Below, in pieces: positions 54,443 to 64,000 of a stretch of 64,000 bases of DNA (its first letter is position 1; each line of letters opens with the position of its first letter). This DNA is from an uncultured Chitinophagaceae bacterium. GTDB lineage: Bacteria; Bacteroidota; Ignavibacteria; UBA10030; UBA8401. Under the pieces are notes generated by a model. That model was given only the letters and a program-made list of their open reading frames with translations. It was not told the origin of the DNA and searched no databases. The stretch lies in assembly GCA_964642725.1 (NCBI GenBank), contig CAZXQG010000012.1, positions 6,163 to 70,162 on the forward strand, written 5' to 3'. The translations under genes and the position numbers were made by a program.

Positions 54443-55455
54443 CGGGCAGGCTCAATAATACTTTTGATGGTTTTCCCTTCCCTCTGGAGAGCAAGCGCAT
54501 CAAGAACGCCGTCCAAAGGAAATTTATCAATCTGAAATTTATCGATTCGTATTTTCCCGGCATGCAACAGTGCGATCGAACGCGAAAATGTGTTCGGATT
54601 GACATACGACCCGACAATAGTGAGTTCTTTAGAATAAATCTGGTTCGGTTCGACAAAGATTTTTTCTCCGATCGGACAAACACCGAAGAATTCAACCGTC
54701 CCTCCCCGCCGTGCAAGTTCCAATGCAAATTGAGCTGTTTGAGGCTTGCCGACACACTCAATGACAACATCCGCGCCGACGCGCGTAGTGTCCATGATCG
54801 CACTTTTTGTGTCATCCTCCATCGGATTCAGAAGAAGATCAGCGCCCAATTCAGCCGCAATGCGCCGCTTTTGCTGCTGAGGTTCGACGAGAATCGTGCG
54901 GACGGCTCCCGCGTTCTTGGCAAGCTGCAGCATAATCAAACCGATCGTTCCGCCCCCAATGATGACAACGGTGTCGCCCGAAAGGACATTGGCTCTGTCA
55001 ATTCCGTGAACGGCGCACGAGACGGGTTCGACAAACGCCGCAGTCTCCGACGGCATGCCGTCCGGCAACATGTAGATCTGCTGCGCCGGCACATAGCAAT
55101 ACTCAGCCATTCCGCCGTCCTGGTCAACACCGAGAGCCCGCAGGTTCGCGCACAGATGAACAAGCCCCCGGCGGCAATAATAACAGACTCCGCAGGAAAT
55201 ATTCGGATCAACGGCGACATGCCCGCCGGCCACTATTCCATGAACGGCGATCCCGACATCTTCAATAACGCCGGTGAACTCATGGCCCAGCACAACCGGC
55301 GGAGAAGACCGCGAAGTCCCCTCCATAATGTGGACATCTGTACCGCACACGCCGCATGCCTGAACCTTGACAAGAACTTCGTTCGACATCAGCGTGCGTA
55401 ACGGCGTCGACCGAACATTAAGAGAATGCGGTTTTTCAAAAAGTGCGACTTTCAT
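54439..55455 (-). CDS. zinc-dependent medium-chain alcohol/polyol dehydrogenase (sorbitol/threonine dehydrogenase-like)
   Basis: 338 aa. Motifs seen are CGVCGTDVHIMEG, GHEFTGVI, the structural Zn Cys cluster CGVCYYCRRGLVHLC and the Rossmann motif VVIIGGGTIGL. Confidence 0.9.
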   Translation of the reverse strand: MKVALFEKPHSLNVRSTPLRTLMSNEVLVKVQACGVCGTDVHIMEGTSRSSPPVVLGHEFTGVIEDVGIAVHGIVAGGHVAVDPNISCGVCYYCRRGLVHLCANLRALGVDQDGGMAEYCYVPAQQIYMLPDGMPSETAAFVEPVSCAVHGIDRANVLSGDTVVIIGGGTIGLIMLQLAKNAGAVRTILVEPQQQKRRIAAELGADLLLNPMEDDTKSAIMDTTRVGADVVIECVGKPQTAQFALELARRGGTVEFFGVCPIGEKIFVEPNQIYSKELTIVGSYVNPNTFSRSIALLHAGKIRIDKFQIDKFPLDGVLDALALQREGKTIKSIIEPAR

Positions 55456-55463
55456 TGCCTTCT

Positions 55464-58028
55464 TTAATAGATAATGCTAAGATGCTGTTTCTTCTCCGAC
55501 CCAAGAAAATTCACTTCAAGTGTTTCGCCCCCGTTGCCGTTCGGCGAACGAAGGACGTTTTTCACAAGCTTTCCATCCACCATGATTGTCTTTGCTTTTT
55601 TTGTGCCGACGATCTTTGCCGATACTGCATGTCCCTGGAACGAAGAGACAACACAATCGAGCGATTTTGTTTTTGGACTGAACCGTGCACTATAAAGAAC
55701 CGTGTTGATACTTTCGAGGTACGGAGTTCGAACGGCCCCAAATTCAATAGCGCTTTGCGTGGAATGGGCGGCGTCGAGCGGGAAGACCAACGACGAAACA
55801 CTCCCATTGTCGCTCGTCCATGAATGAAGCGATTCCCCTTTCCCTTTTATAAGAATGTTTTTTTGTACACCGAAGGCAAGAGAGAAGCCGGCAGAATCGA
55901 AACCAGAGGGACGGGGTCTTGAGACCGACAGATTCCATTCGTTTTCGGTGACGCCGAAGACCCGGTACAGCACGTTAAGGTAAAAACCGCCCGCCCACAG
56001 AAACGAAGGCTTATCGATCTTTCCAAAATCAGGCGACAACGTATCGGCAAAACGGTATTCATACATCGCGGGCTGCCCCATCGGGCTCTCGGCAATCCCG
56101 TCGAGCGTAAGTGTTTTCTTCAACAACTCCACCGCTTCGTCGGTTCTTCCGCACGATTGCAACGCAAGGATGTACCACGCCGTGGAATGGGGCCAGACAC
56201 CGCCGTTTGCGTACGCGTACGGAGCCCCTGCTTCGTTCCCCAACAATTTAAAATACGATATCATCGAGTCGGTATGAAAATCTGCCGGCGCAACGATGCG
56301 CACGCCGATGCGCCGATCGACAAGTTCCCTCCGGGCTGTGTTGAGAAGCTGCTTCGACCTGCCGTTATTCAGAACACCGTAAATAGGGGCGAGAAGCGAG
56401 CCGGCGTAATAATGAGAGTCGCGGTCCGTTCCGTTGAAGTTTGTGAGAAATTGCTGGCTGTCATCCCATAATCGCTGGTTCAGTATCTTCTGCATGTTAT
56501 CCGCAGAAGTTTCAAGTTCAAGCAGATATTTACCGTCTCTTTCCCCGATTGCGGCGCTCACGTACGCAAAATCTCTGAGCGCCCGGATGGTAAGGATAGT
56601 CAGGTATGACCGGGGGCCTTCACGATTGCCGATGTCCCACCAATCGGGATGCTTGGCATACATCAAGCCGTCTGCTTTGCGCTGGGTCAGAATCAGTTCA
56701 ACGCTCTTGCTCATCAGCGGATAGAGGGCGTGCAGCGTTGCGGAGTCGAGGGAGTGCCGGTAATAGCTTGATGCGGTGAGAATGAACCAGAGATGATTCC
56801 AGTTATCGGGGCCGCAGAATTCTGTTTTGAAACCATCGTCGCGCCAGTAGTACGCATGAGGAATGACATCCTCTTTCGAGAGCGATGCAATGTAGAACAA
56901 GTCTCTCTTCACCCGCTGAAGATCAAAGTTGACAGCCCCAAGGTCTGTTAACAGCACGTCGTGTGTGAAGAAGAAGTTATATTCCGCCGGGCATGGCATC
57001 GGCACAATCTGTCCGTCAATGAAGTGAGCATTTGAAGCGATAAGTCCGCGCGCCCATACCGCCGAGCGGTCCAGCCATTGATCCCCGGTGATGAAATGCG
57101 ATTCTTTTTCTGCTTTTTGAACGATGTAATTATCGTACTCCTCGACTTCCTTCCGCCAGACTCCGGCGAGATAGCTCGTTCGTTTCTTTACCTCATCACG
57201 GGGACAGCTGCCGACAATCTGCACGATAACAAGGGTATCGTTCGGTGCGATCTCGTTCCTGTATAAAAAAGCCGCAGCCGGCTGGCCGGGATTTGATTGC
57301 GTCATCAAAACTTGATTCAGCCGCGATGTCGAGTCGCTTATCCATTTCGATGTGCCGCTATCTGCCGCGGCAAGTTCTTTCGCCCCCGACGACCAGCTGA
57401 AAGGATGAACGCCGGCGTTTTCTACAAACACGCTTGTTTGTTTTGTTTGTAGATCATCAAAATGCGCAATGATCGCATCCGTCGTGCCGTCATACTCAGT
57501 CCAGGCAGAATCTTTTCGCGCGTATGTCTGACACGTCCGAAGGCTCAAGAGGAGATGAGTGTAGACTTCCACGGGAACCATCGCCCCGGAAATATTCTTA
57601 ATCCTGAGACAAACCACCATCGCCGGCTGATTCATACAAAATTCGTACGAAAGAAAATATTCGAGCTTTGCTTCCTTCTTATGAAATGTTGTTTTGTGCG
57701 GGCTGAGAGTATAGTCCCACGGTTCCCTCCCAAGCCACCGCTTCGCTTCCTGTCCCGCACGAACTCCGAGAGCAAAGGGCAAAGAATTACCACGTTTCCA
57801 GTAGTCGGTGCTGACGTCAATGCTGTTCGCTATTGGATAGTAAAAACTGATACGGGATGGAATGGGACGACTGTCATGAAACTCCGCGCCGGCAAACCTT
57901 CCCCCCACTTCTACCTGACCGTAGTGCCGGTCAAAAAAATAGGAGAGGGGGTTGCCCGAAGTTTGTGCCAGGACATTACTCCACACGAGAGCTATGGAGA
58001 GAATTATTATCGATTTGAGATGGTTCAT
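55464..58028 (-). CDS. secreted (alpha/alpha)6-barrel glycoside hydrolase-like protein (GDE_C / GH63-like, tentative)
   Basis: 854 aa. The signal peptide is MNHLKSIIILSIALVWSNVLAQ. The C-terminal half contains YANGGVWPHSTAWYILAL and related helix-rich segments, as in amylo-alpha-1,6-glucosidase-type domains. Confidence 0.55.
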   Translation of the reverse strand: MNHLKSIIILSIALVWSNVLAQTSGNPLSYFFDRHYGQVEVGGRFAGAEFHDSRPIPSRISFYYPIANSIDVSTDYWKRGNSLPFALGVRAGQEAKRWLGREPWDYTLSPHKTTFHKKEAKLEYFLSYEFCMNQPAMVVCLRIKNISGAMVPVEVYTHLLLSLRTCQTYARKDSAWTEYDGTTDAIIAHFDDLQTKQTSVFVENAGVHPFSWSSGAKELAAADSGTSKWISDSTSRLNQVLMTQSNPGQPAAAFLYRNEIAPNDTLVIVQIVGSCPRDEVKKRTSYLAGVWRKEVEEYDNYIVQKAEKESHFITGDQWLDRSAVWARGLIASNAHFIDGQIVPMPCPAEYNFFFTHDVLLTDLGAVNFDLQRVKRDLFYIASLSKEDVIPHAYYWRDDGFKTEFCGPDNWNHLWFILTASSYYRHSLDSATLHALYPLMSKSVELILTQRKADGLMYAKHPDWWDIGNREGPRSYLTILTIRALRDFAYVSAAIGERDGKYLLELETSADNMQKILNQRLWDDSQQFLTNFNGTDRDSHYYAGSLLAPIYGVLNNGRSKQLLNTARRELVDRRIGVRIVAPADFHTDSMISYFKLLGNEAGAPYAYANGGVWPHSTAWYILALQSCGRTDEAVELLKKTLTLDGIAESPMGQPAMYEYRFADTLSPDFGKIDKPSFLWAGGFYLNVLYRVFGVTENEWNLSVSRPRPSGFDSAGFSLAFGVQKNILIKGKGESLHSWTSDNGSVSSLVFPLDAAHSTQSAIEFGAVRTPYLESINTVLYSARFSPKTKSLDCVVSSFQGHAVSAKIVGTKKAKTIMVDGKLVKNVLRSPNGNGGETLEVNFLGSEKKQHLSIIY

Positions 58029-58227
58029 AAGCGCTTTTTGCTGGTTTTCCGATAAGAAGATAGTTGTGCCTTGCTTGTAATGAACATAAACCTTTCACAA
58101 AATATGGAGTGCTGGAACAGGACGGTAAGCTAAATCCGCTTGGTTCCTACGACCTGATGAAAGCCGGATTGCTGTCCCTATAATCATGCATCGAAAGATG
58201 CTGCCCGCCGAGAGGATTTAACCGGCC

Positions 58228-59040
58228 TCATCCTTTGATCCCTGTGTATGCCATACCTTCGATGAAGTAACGCTGGAAAAATGCGTAGGCGATGACGACC
58301 GGCAATGCCAGCAATGTTGCAGCGGCAAGTTGCATCCCGAGCTGCGATTCGGCCTCGCCGCCAATAACAAAGATGGTGACAAGCTGCGGCATCGTCATCA
58401 GCGTTCGTTCACGAACGACGATGAGGGGCCAAAGGACGTCGTTCCAACTCGCCATGAACGTAAGAATTGCCACGGTCACAATCACTGCGCGCGACAGCGG
58501 CCAGATCAAAAGAAACAGAATCCGGAGCTCCGAACAGCCGTCAATGCGCGCGGCGTCTATCAACGCTTGCGGCAAACTCATAAAAAACTGGCGGAATACG
58601 ATAATGCTGAACGCGCTCATCATCGTCGGTGCGATCAACGAGGCATAGGTATCGGTTAAGCCGAGCTTCACCATTAAAATGTACTGCGGTATCAACGTTA
58701 TCTGAAACGGAATCATCATCGTAAAAAGAATTAGAGCGTACAAAAGTTTGCTGCCGAAAAACCGGAGCCGTGCCAGAGCGTAGCCGACCATCGAACCGAA
58801 CAGCACAACCGACGCTGTTGTGGAGAGCGAGACAAAGACGCTGTTGAGAAACGCCCTGCCGATCGGGATTTTTGTCAGCACCTGTTCGTAGCTGTGGAGA
58901 GACGCCTGGGATGACCAGAGCGAAAGGTTGCTGATTTCCAATTCCGGCTTGATCGAACCGGCGAGCATCCACAGGAACGGGTACGCAAAAACCGCCGCAC
59001 CGGCGGCGAGAAAGAAATATCGTACTGATGATTTGATCAT
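58228..59040 (-). CDS. carbohydrate ABC transporter permease (MalG-like)
   Basis: 270 aa with six TM helices. The EAA loop is ALIDAARIDGCSELRILFLLIWPL. Confidence 0.9.
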   Translation of the reverse strand: MIKSSVRYFFLAAGAAVFAYPFLWMLAGSIKPELEISNLSLWSSQASLHSYEQVLTKIPIGRAFLNSVFVSLSTTASVVLFGSMVGYALARLRFFGSKLLYALILFTMMIPFQITLIPQYILMVKLGLTDTYASLIAPTMMSAFSIIVFRQFFMSLPQALIDAARIDGCSELRILFLLIWPLSRAVIVTVAILTFMASWNDVLWPLIVVRERTLMTMPQLVTIFVIGGEAESQLGMQLAAATLLALPVVIAYAFFQRYFIEGMAYTGIKG

Positions 59041-59927
59041 GACGGCTCCGCCTCAACCACTTTGCGCTGCAAGAGAACCACGGTAAGAATAACGAGGGCA
59101 AAAACGAACCCTAACGCCGCTGCATAGCCCATATGCCCGAAATAAAACGCCTGGTTATAGATGTATAACATGCCGGACATGGTGCTTTGCATCGGCCCGC
59201 CGCCGGTGAGCACATACGGCTCGATGAAAAGCGAGAATCCGCCGATGGTTGAAAGTGCGACGATGAGCACCATGGTGGAATTCAGCATTGGAAGTGTAAT
59301 CTTGAAAAACTGGCTGTACTTATCCGCACCGTCGAGGCTCGCCGATTCATAGATTTCCTTCGGAATATTTTGCAGGCCGACGAGGAAGAGCACGATGTAG
59401 ATGCCGACATTCTTCCACGTGGCCATGATCGCTATCGACGGCATCGCCAGTCCGGGGTCGATAAGCCACGGTATCTTCCGTATGCCGACGATGCTCAACA
59501 GAGAGTTCAGCACTCCGGAATCGAACGAGTACAAGTTCTGCCAAAGAATGGTGACAACAACGCCCGAAACGACAACTGGCAAAAAGTAAACTGCGCGGAA
59601 AAATCCCCGGAACATTCCCTTGGAATGCAGCAGCAGCGAAAATCCCAATGCGACCGCGATCTGCAGCGGAATGTGGATCAGAAGAAAGATGAATGTATTG
59701 AACATCGCCCTGAAAAATTGAGGGTCCGAAAACAGGCGCTGAAAATTTTTCATTCCGACCCATTCCATCGGTGTCACGATATTCCACCGATGGAAGATCA
59801 GGATAAAAGAAAAGACAAGCGGGTAGGCGACGAAAAGAAGGAAGAAAATGATGTACGGCAAAACGAACCAATAACCATGCCGCTCACTTTCACGAATCGC
59901 TTTGAGAATGTTCATTTTCCGGATCAT
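59037..59927 (-). CDS. carbohydrate ABC transporter permease (MalF-like)
   Basis: The track ORF starts at ATG 59954. The ATG at 59927 (MIRKMNILKAI) overlaps the upstream stop as ATGA and is preferred. The EAA loop is IYESASLDGADKYSQFFKITLPML. Confidence 0.9.
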   Translation of the reverse strand: MIRKMNILKAIRESERHGYWFVLPYIIFFLLFVAYPLVFSFILIFHRWNIVTPMEWVGMKNFQRLFSDPQFFRAMFNTFIFLLIHIPLQIAVALGFSLLLHSKGMFRGFFRAVYFLPVVVSGVVVTILWQNLYSFDSGVLNSLLSIVGIRKIPWLIDPGLAMPSIAIMATWKNVGIYIVLFLVGLQNIPKEIYESASLDGADKYSQFFKITLPMLNSTMVLIVALSTIGGFSLFIEPYVLTGGGPMQSTMSGMLYIYNQAFYFGHMGYAAALGFVFALVILTVVLLQRKVVEAEPS

Positions 59928-61237
59928 TGATTCCACTCCATTATCGCGCGGCATCTCTTCGCGGCGTCTCTGACAGCATCGGCAGGAGTCTTGCGGCCGT
60001 ACACCGCGCAGATCTCGTACTCTTGCGAGATCGCGTCGAAAATTTCTTTCAGGTCGGCAACCGTGTCCATTCCGCGGGTGTGCACCGCCTGCTCCGCAAA
60101 CTTCACCATCAGCGGATTTTTTGCAAAATAGCTTGCAAAAAGAGGATTCGTGGGCAGATCTCCCCGAACCGGGACCTGGTTTGTAATTTCCAGCATCAGC
60201 AAGTCGTGTTCCGCCGTGACAAGAAACTTTACAAACTCCCAGGATTCTTTCGGATGCTCGGTCGTGCTGAAGATTGCAATATTCTTGTAGTCTCCCGATG
60301 TGTAGACGGGACCCTGGTGGTCATCAGGTACGGGAAGAGGTGCCACACCGAAGTGAATGTTCGGCGCGAATTTTGAGATCGTGGCAATTTCCCAGGGGCC
60401 GGCGAAATGAGTCGCCTTTTTTTCGAGAAGAAACGGATCCCCCCCCTGAAAAAATGTTCTCGGGAAATATCCCTGGCTGTAACATTGCTGGAAAAAACCG
60501 AAAACTTTTTCAGCATCGGAGTTCTGGAAAGCGACACTATCATTCCTGAACAGTGTCTCTCCACTTGACGCGGCGATATAGAACGGGTAGATGTCGAACA
60601 GCCGTTCCCACCAAATCGGGCGAATATCGCGCTCCCCCATCCAGACATCGAATTGTCCGTCGTTGTCGGTGTCACGGGTTACCTTTTTGGCGGCAGAAAA
60701 ATATTCAGAATATGTCTGCGGGACTTTTTTGACGCCGGCAGCATTGAGCATGCCGATATTGTAGAACATCATCACCGGATTTGTTTTCCACGGCATTTGA
60801 TAGTAGTGCCCGTTACTCGTTTTAAAAATTGAGAGCAATTCCCTCGGAACTCGCGCTGCGGCAATCGAGTCAAAATCGGAAAATTGATCCAGCGCAACCA
60901 AACCGCCCGCTTGCGTGTATTCCCGCAAAGCGCCCGGCCAAATATTGGAACAGACGTCGGGGGTAGTCTTTCCGGCAATCGCCGCGAGAAGGACTTCTTC
61001 AGTTGATTGGCTGACGGGAATAGGCTGCATGCGGACCTGAATTTTCGGATGCATGCGGTTCCACATTTTTACGATCGTGTCGGCAAGTTGAATTTCCTGC
61101 GGATTGGGTGCCGGCCAATATGTGAGGGTGATGACGGCGCTGTCCTGAAGTGCGGAAGAACTATGCGGCCCAGAACACGCCGGCAGACAGATCAGCAGAA
61201 GAAATCCAATCGTACTCTTTCGAAGAAGTGTGTTCAT
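59924..61237 (-). CDS. sugar ABC transporter substrate-binding lipoprotein (family 1 SBP)
   Basis: The track start is TTG at 61243. The ATG at 61237 gives MNTLLRKSTIGFLLLICLPACSG, a lipobox. Its length and position upstream of two permease genes fit a family 1 SBP. No ATPase gene lies in the operon. Confidence 0.85.
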   Translation of the reverse strand: MNTLLRKSTIGFLLLICLPACSGPHSSSALQDSAVITLTYWPAPNPQEIQLADTIVKMWNRMHPKIQVRMQPIPVSQSTEEVLLAAIAGKTTPDVCSNIWPGALREYTQAGGLVALDQFSDFDSIAAARVPRELLSIFKTSNGHYYQMPWKTNPVMMFYNIGMLNAAGVKKVPQTYSEYFSAAKKVTRDTDNDGQFDVWMGERDIRPIWWERLFDIYPFYIAASSGETLFRNDSVAFQNSDAEKVFGFFQQCYSQGYFPRTFFQGGDPFLLEKKATHFAGPWEIATISKFAPNIHFGVAPLPVPDDHQGPVYTSGDYKNIAIFSTTEHPKESWEFVKFLVTAEHDLLMLEITNQVPVRGDLPTNPLFASYFAKNPLMVKFAEQAVHTRGMDTVADLKEIFDAISQEYEICAVYGRKTPADAVRDAAKRCRAIMEWNQ

Positions 61238-61243
61238 CTGCAA

Positions 61244-62860
61244 TCAATCCCACGTCTGCCATTCATAGTCAATGGAAGGAAAGGCGGTGCGGGGAAAGAT
61301 CCCCCCTTTTTTCACCGAGTACACATCGATAGCTTTCGGGTAGTTTTCGACGTCGACGGGGAGTTTCCTCAACGTGTCGTCGTTGGTCTTCACCGTATAT
61401 TTCTGTTTGAGTTTCAGGATCTTATGGAGAAGCGTGCTTGTCTCCTGATATACAAACGCATCGCGTCGGACGTCGTCTTTCACTTCCGTAAACGGGCGGA
61501 CAACACCCTTATCGTTCCGGTAATCCTTCTCGTGGTCGGTATAATAATTGTGCAGCGTGCTGTCGTCCTGGGCGATGGTGTTATCAATTTCAAGCTTTGC
61601 CGCCCGGTAGACCAGCTTCTCCTCCCACCATTGTGTCTGCTTCACAACGCTTTCTTTCTTTTGCAGGCCCCTCCGGTAGGCTTCCGCCGTTAACATTCTG
61701 TCGCGAACCATGCGCCACACCAGCTGCTCTACTGAAACAGAGTACGCATGCAGAGATTTTGTCTCCAAGCGTACATAAAAGTCTCTCGGTTTCTCCCAGT
61801 CTATAAAATCGCCAAAAAGGAACTTGCCGTTTTTCATCGTCACCAAAACATTTGATCTATACAACGAAATTGAATCGGTGTTCGGATGGCGCTTCTGTGC
61901 CGCTAGTTTTTTTTCCATTCCCCATGCGGAATATTTCTCAGGAGAAAGGAACTTCTTTCCAAGATGAGCCTGCAGAAGCTCGAACGATTCTTTGTCGATG
62001 ACCGGATTCTGCCCAAGTAACATGCGGTGAACGTATTGGTCCGACAACGAATCCGATTTATGCTGAAGCAACGCGCGACGGACATCTTCGTGCAGCTTCA
62101 TGTTCTCCCCCTCTGTTATAATCGGGTTCTTCCATGCTTCGACAATTTTTACAATGTACCATCCGTCGGGAGCATGAATCGGAGGGGTCAGCGTGCCGGA
62201 AGTCAGCGAATCGATGGCCGTGGCCAGCGCCGCATTCTTCACCTCCAATTTAAAGCGTGTTGTCTCCATGGAACGACTATCCGCAGAGACGGAATCGGGA
62301 TAGTTTACGGCAAATAACGAATCGAAGGATCCCCCATGGCGCAGCAGCTTGGCATCTTGAAAGATATCGTCTTTTGAGGGTGAGAAAATCCATTTGAGGC
62401 TCAGGTGGATATTCTCCCCGGAAACACCCCGTTCAATTTCTTTGTCAGAGATGTTCACCGTGTTGAGCACATCGTCTTTATAAAGCTCTTCGGTGGCAAG
62501 GTCTGCTTCAACTTCGTTGAGCACTTCTTTCACCTTGGAGGAGGACTGCAGCCCGCGATCGTATCCGTCGAGCGCGAGAAGCTTTTCGTAGATCATGTAG
62601 GTGAGATAGTGTTTCTTGGAGTCGGACTCTCTTTTCGTAAAAGCGGGACCGTATTCATAGCTCAGCAGAAACTCTTGCGCCGTAACATTCCACGGTCCAA
62701 CTTGGGCGAGGACGACGGAATTGAATTTCGGATCGTCCAGAAGGACGTTTGACGGCATATCGGCAGTATGCTGTGCAAACACCAACGGAGAGACGACGCT
62801 CTGCAGCAAACTTATCAATGCGGCAGTGCGCCAATATCGTTTATGACTTCCAGGATTCAC
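61244..62860 (-). CDS. SurA/PpiD-like periplasmic chaperone with parvulin-like domain
   Basis: 538 aa with a GTG start. The signal peptide is RTAALISLLQSVVSPLVFAQ. The stretch LTSGTLTPPIHAPDGWYIVKIVE resembles the parvulin PPIase C-terminal strand motif. The rest of the domain looks degenerate. Confidence 0.45.
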   Translation of the reverse strand: MNPGSHKRYWRTAALISLLQSVVSPLVFAQHTADMPSNVLLDDPKFNSVVLAQVGPWNVTAQEFLLSYEYGPAFTKRESDSKKHYLTYMIYEKLLALDGYDRGLQSSSKVKEVLNEVEADLATEELYKDDVLNTVNISDKEIERGVSGENIHLSLKWIFSPSKDDIFQDAKLLRHGGSFDSLFAVNYPDSVSADSRSMETTRFKLEVKNAALATAIDSLTSGTLTPPIHAPDGWYIVKIVEAWKNPIITEGENMKLHEDVRRALLQHKSDSLSDQYVHRMLLGQNPVIDKESFELLQAHLGKKFLSPEKYSAWGMEKKLAAQKRHPNTDSISLYRSNVLVTMKNGKFLFGDFIDWEKPRDFYVRLETKSLHAYSVSVEQLVWRMVRDRMLTAEAYRRGLQKKESVVKQTQWWEEKLVYRAAKLEIDNTIAQDDSTLHNYYTDHEKDYRNDKGVVRPFTEVKDDVRRDAFVYQETSTLLHKILKLKQKYTVKTNDDTLRKLPVDVENYPKAIDVYSVKKGGIFPRTAFPSIDYEWQTWD

Positions 62861-62868
62861 TTTTCTAC

Positions 62869-63921
62869 CTAAAATCGAAGAGCGACGGAAAATGAATGCA
62901 CACCCTCAAGCCGTCCATAGTCCCGATAAGCGTAATCGAACTTCACTATTGAGCTGCTGGAAATAAGGCTGGAGGTGACCCCGATACCGAGTGAGAGGCC
63001 TCCTTCGCTATCACTCAGAAAGAGCGATTGGAATCCGCCGCGAAGATAGATAAAATCGTGAATGGCAAATTCGGTCCCCACGTTTACACTTTCATAATTG
63101 TCGTTTGGATGGATTGCATCAAAGGCGACCGTCCAGCGATACATGTCGTTTTCCAGAACGTTCGTTGAGAACCCGATTTGGAACCGGAGCGGCAAGTCCC
63201 ATGAGTTCATCTCTATGTCAGCCGGAATCTGGTCGTTAGAACCCTGCTTGGTCGGGTCGATGCGAACAAACTCCCGCGTATCGCTGCCAGCAAGTGTCAT
63301 TGGTGTTCCGAAATTTGAAAGCGAAGCTCCGATGACCATTCCGCCAAAAAGGTCCGTTCTGAATATTGTTCCCATATCCACGGCGAAAGCAGTGGCGCTT
63401 TCGTGCCAGATAGCTTCCTGAATAAATTTTGCCGTGAATCCGATCGAAAAGCGATCGGTCAGCGGACGCGCATAGGAAAGGCCTGCCGCCAGATCGCTGG
63501 CGCTAAAATATTCGCCCGTTCCTTCCGGCATTTCCACCGTTCTCACCGCCATGTCGGCCATCGTAAGAGACGTGAGGCTGAAACCCAGCGTTCCAAAACT
63601 GCCGAGAGGCAGCGCGAGACCGGCGAAATCGAATTTTGTAGCGGCAATCCAATCAGTATGGGCAAGTATCGCATCGGTGCTTGTGATATTGGCAATGCCG
63701 GCGGGATTCCAGTACAAAGCAGTCGGATCGTTCGCGAGGCTCACGAACGCTCCTCCCATACCGATCGCTGGCGCACCGACTGATATTTCCAGGAACGACG
63801 CCGCGGTGGTTCCCGTCTTCGAAACGTTATTAGCCCCCTGCGCATATATCGCAATCGGGACCATCGCAATGACAATTATGATCCGCAAGCATTTCTTCAT
63901 CAATATAAGCTCCGGCTTCAT
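62869..63921 (-). CDS. PorV/PorQ-family outer-membrane beta-barrel protein (T9SS-associated)
   Basis: 350 aa with a signal peptide. GTTAASFLEISVGAPAIGMGGAFVSLANDPTALYWNPAGIA matches the conserved N-terminal motif of this family. Beta-strand periodicity runs to the terminal ALRF. Confidence 0.55.
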   Translation of the reverse strand: MKPELILMKKCLRIIIVIAMVPIAIYAQGANNVSKTGTTAASFLEISVGAPAIGMGGAFVSLANDPTALYWNPAGIANITSTDAILAHTDWIAATKFDFAGLALPLGSFGTLGFSLTSLTMADMAVRTVEMPEGTGEYFSASDLAAGLSYARPLTDRFSIGFTAKFIQEAIWHESATAFAVDMGTIFRTDLFGGMVIGASLSNFGTPMTLAGSDTREFVRIDPTKQGSNDQIPADIEMNSWDLPLRFQIGFSTNVLENDMYRWTVAFDAIHPNDNYESVNVGTEFAIHDFIYLRGGFQSLFLSDSEGGLSLGIGVTSSLISSSSIVKFDYAYRDYGRLEGVHSFSVALRF

Positions 63922-64000
63922 TATTTCATAATAGCAAATTTGCCGATGAACGATCCGATGCCAGGCGCGTCAATATGGAAGACGTACACGCCGTAGGCAA
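63921..64000 (-). CDS. 3' end of a truncated gene with CTD-like tail (possibly PorU-type)
   Basis: The reverse frame reads ...AYGVYVFHIDAPGIGSFIGKFAIMK*. The stop overlaps the PorV-like ATG (TAATG). The PorU assignment rests only on the conserved porU-porV gene order. Confidence 0.3.
   Translation of the reverse strand, partial: AYGVYVFHIDAPGIGSFIGKFAIMK

Noticed and set aside
54418-55401. 327-aa plus-strand ORF
   Set aside because: It is antisense to the Zn-dehydrogenase gene, which shows the GHE, Cys-cluster and Rossmann motifs. It is a shadow ORF.

Overview
The window reads as a chromosomal segment of a Gram-negative bacterium, probably from the Ignavibacteria / FCB-group. That placement is an inference from a T9SS C-terminal sorting domain, a PorV-like gene and the overall gene content. 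I support about 50 protein genes. I saw no rRNA, tRNA, CRISPR array, transposase or integrase.

Layout:
1. 91-22525: a 19-gene polysaccharide (O-antigen/EPS-type) locus, all on the minus strand. It holds eight cytoplasmic glycosyltransferases (GT2, GT4 x4, GT9 x2, GT26), a GT-C-like membrane protein, three methyltransferases, a Wzm/Wzt ABC exporter, Wza-like and Wzc-like export proteins, an initiating sugar-phosphate transferase, a Wzy_C-family membrane protein and a deacetylase.
2. 23902-31148: a signalling cluster, which I consider the most interesting candidate system. Three same-strand genes encode a secreted WD40-caspase-like protease, a secreted DUF4384-like protein and a CHASE2-sensor class III nucleotidyl cyclase. 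A secreted TPR protein is transcribed divergently.
3. 31228-39489: a 992-aa pseudo-receiver / PEP-pyruvate-binding (PPDK_N-type) protein, then gdhA, pepT and an OPT oligopeptide transporter.
4. 39791-44663: a metal-related cluster. It holds a CDF exporter bracketed by a 57-bp inverted repeat, an HCxxMCG membrane protein with a Met/His tail, a YHS lipoprotein, a TonB-dependent receptor and a small secreted poly-Cys protein.
5. 44879-61237: a glycan (mannoside-type) utilisation region. It holds GH130-like and GH2 beta-mannosidase genes, a T9SS-secreted PKD/LamG protein, an unassigned secreted protein, a PfkB kinase, a Zn-dehydrogenase, a GDE-like hydrolase and a sugar ABC importer.
6. 61244-64000: a SurA/parvulin-like chaperone, a PorV-like outer-membrane protein and the 3' end of a gene with a CTD-like tail.

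Many gene junctions are 4-nt ATGA/TTGA overlaps (1317, 3662, 10283, 20515, 52077, 53456, 54439, 59037, 59924), which is consistent with operons. A dispersed hairpin-rich intergenic repeat family occurs at gene 3' ends. All functional calls come from motifs read by eye in the translations. No database search was run.
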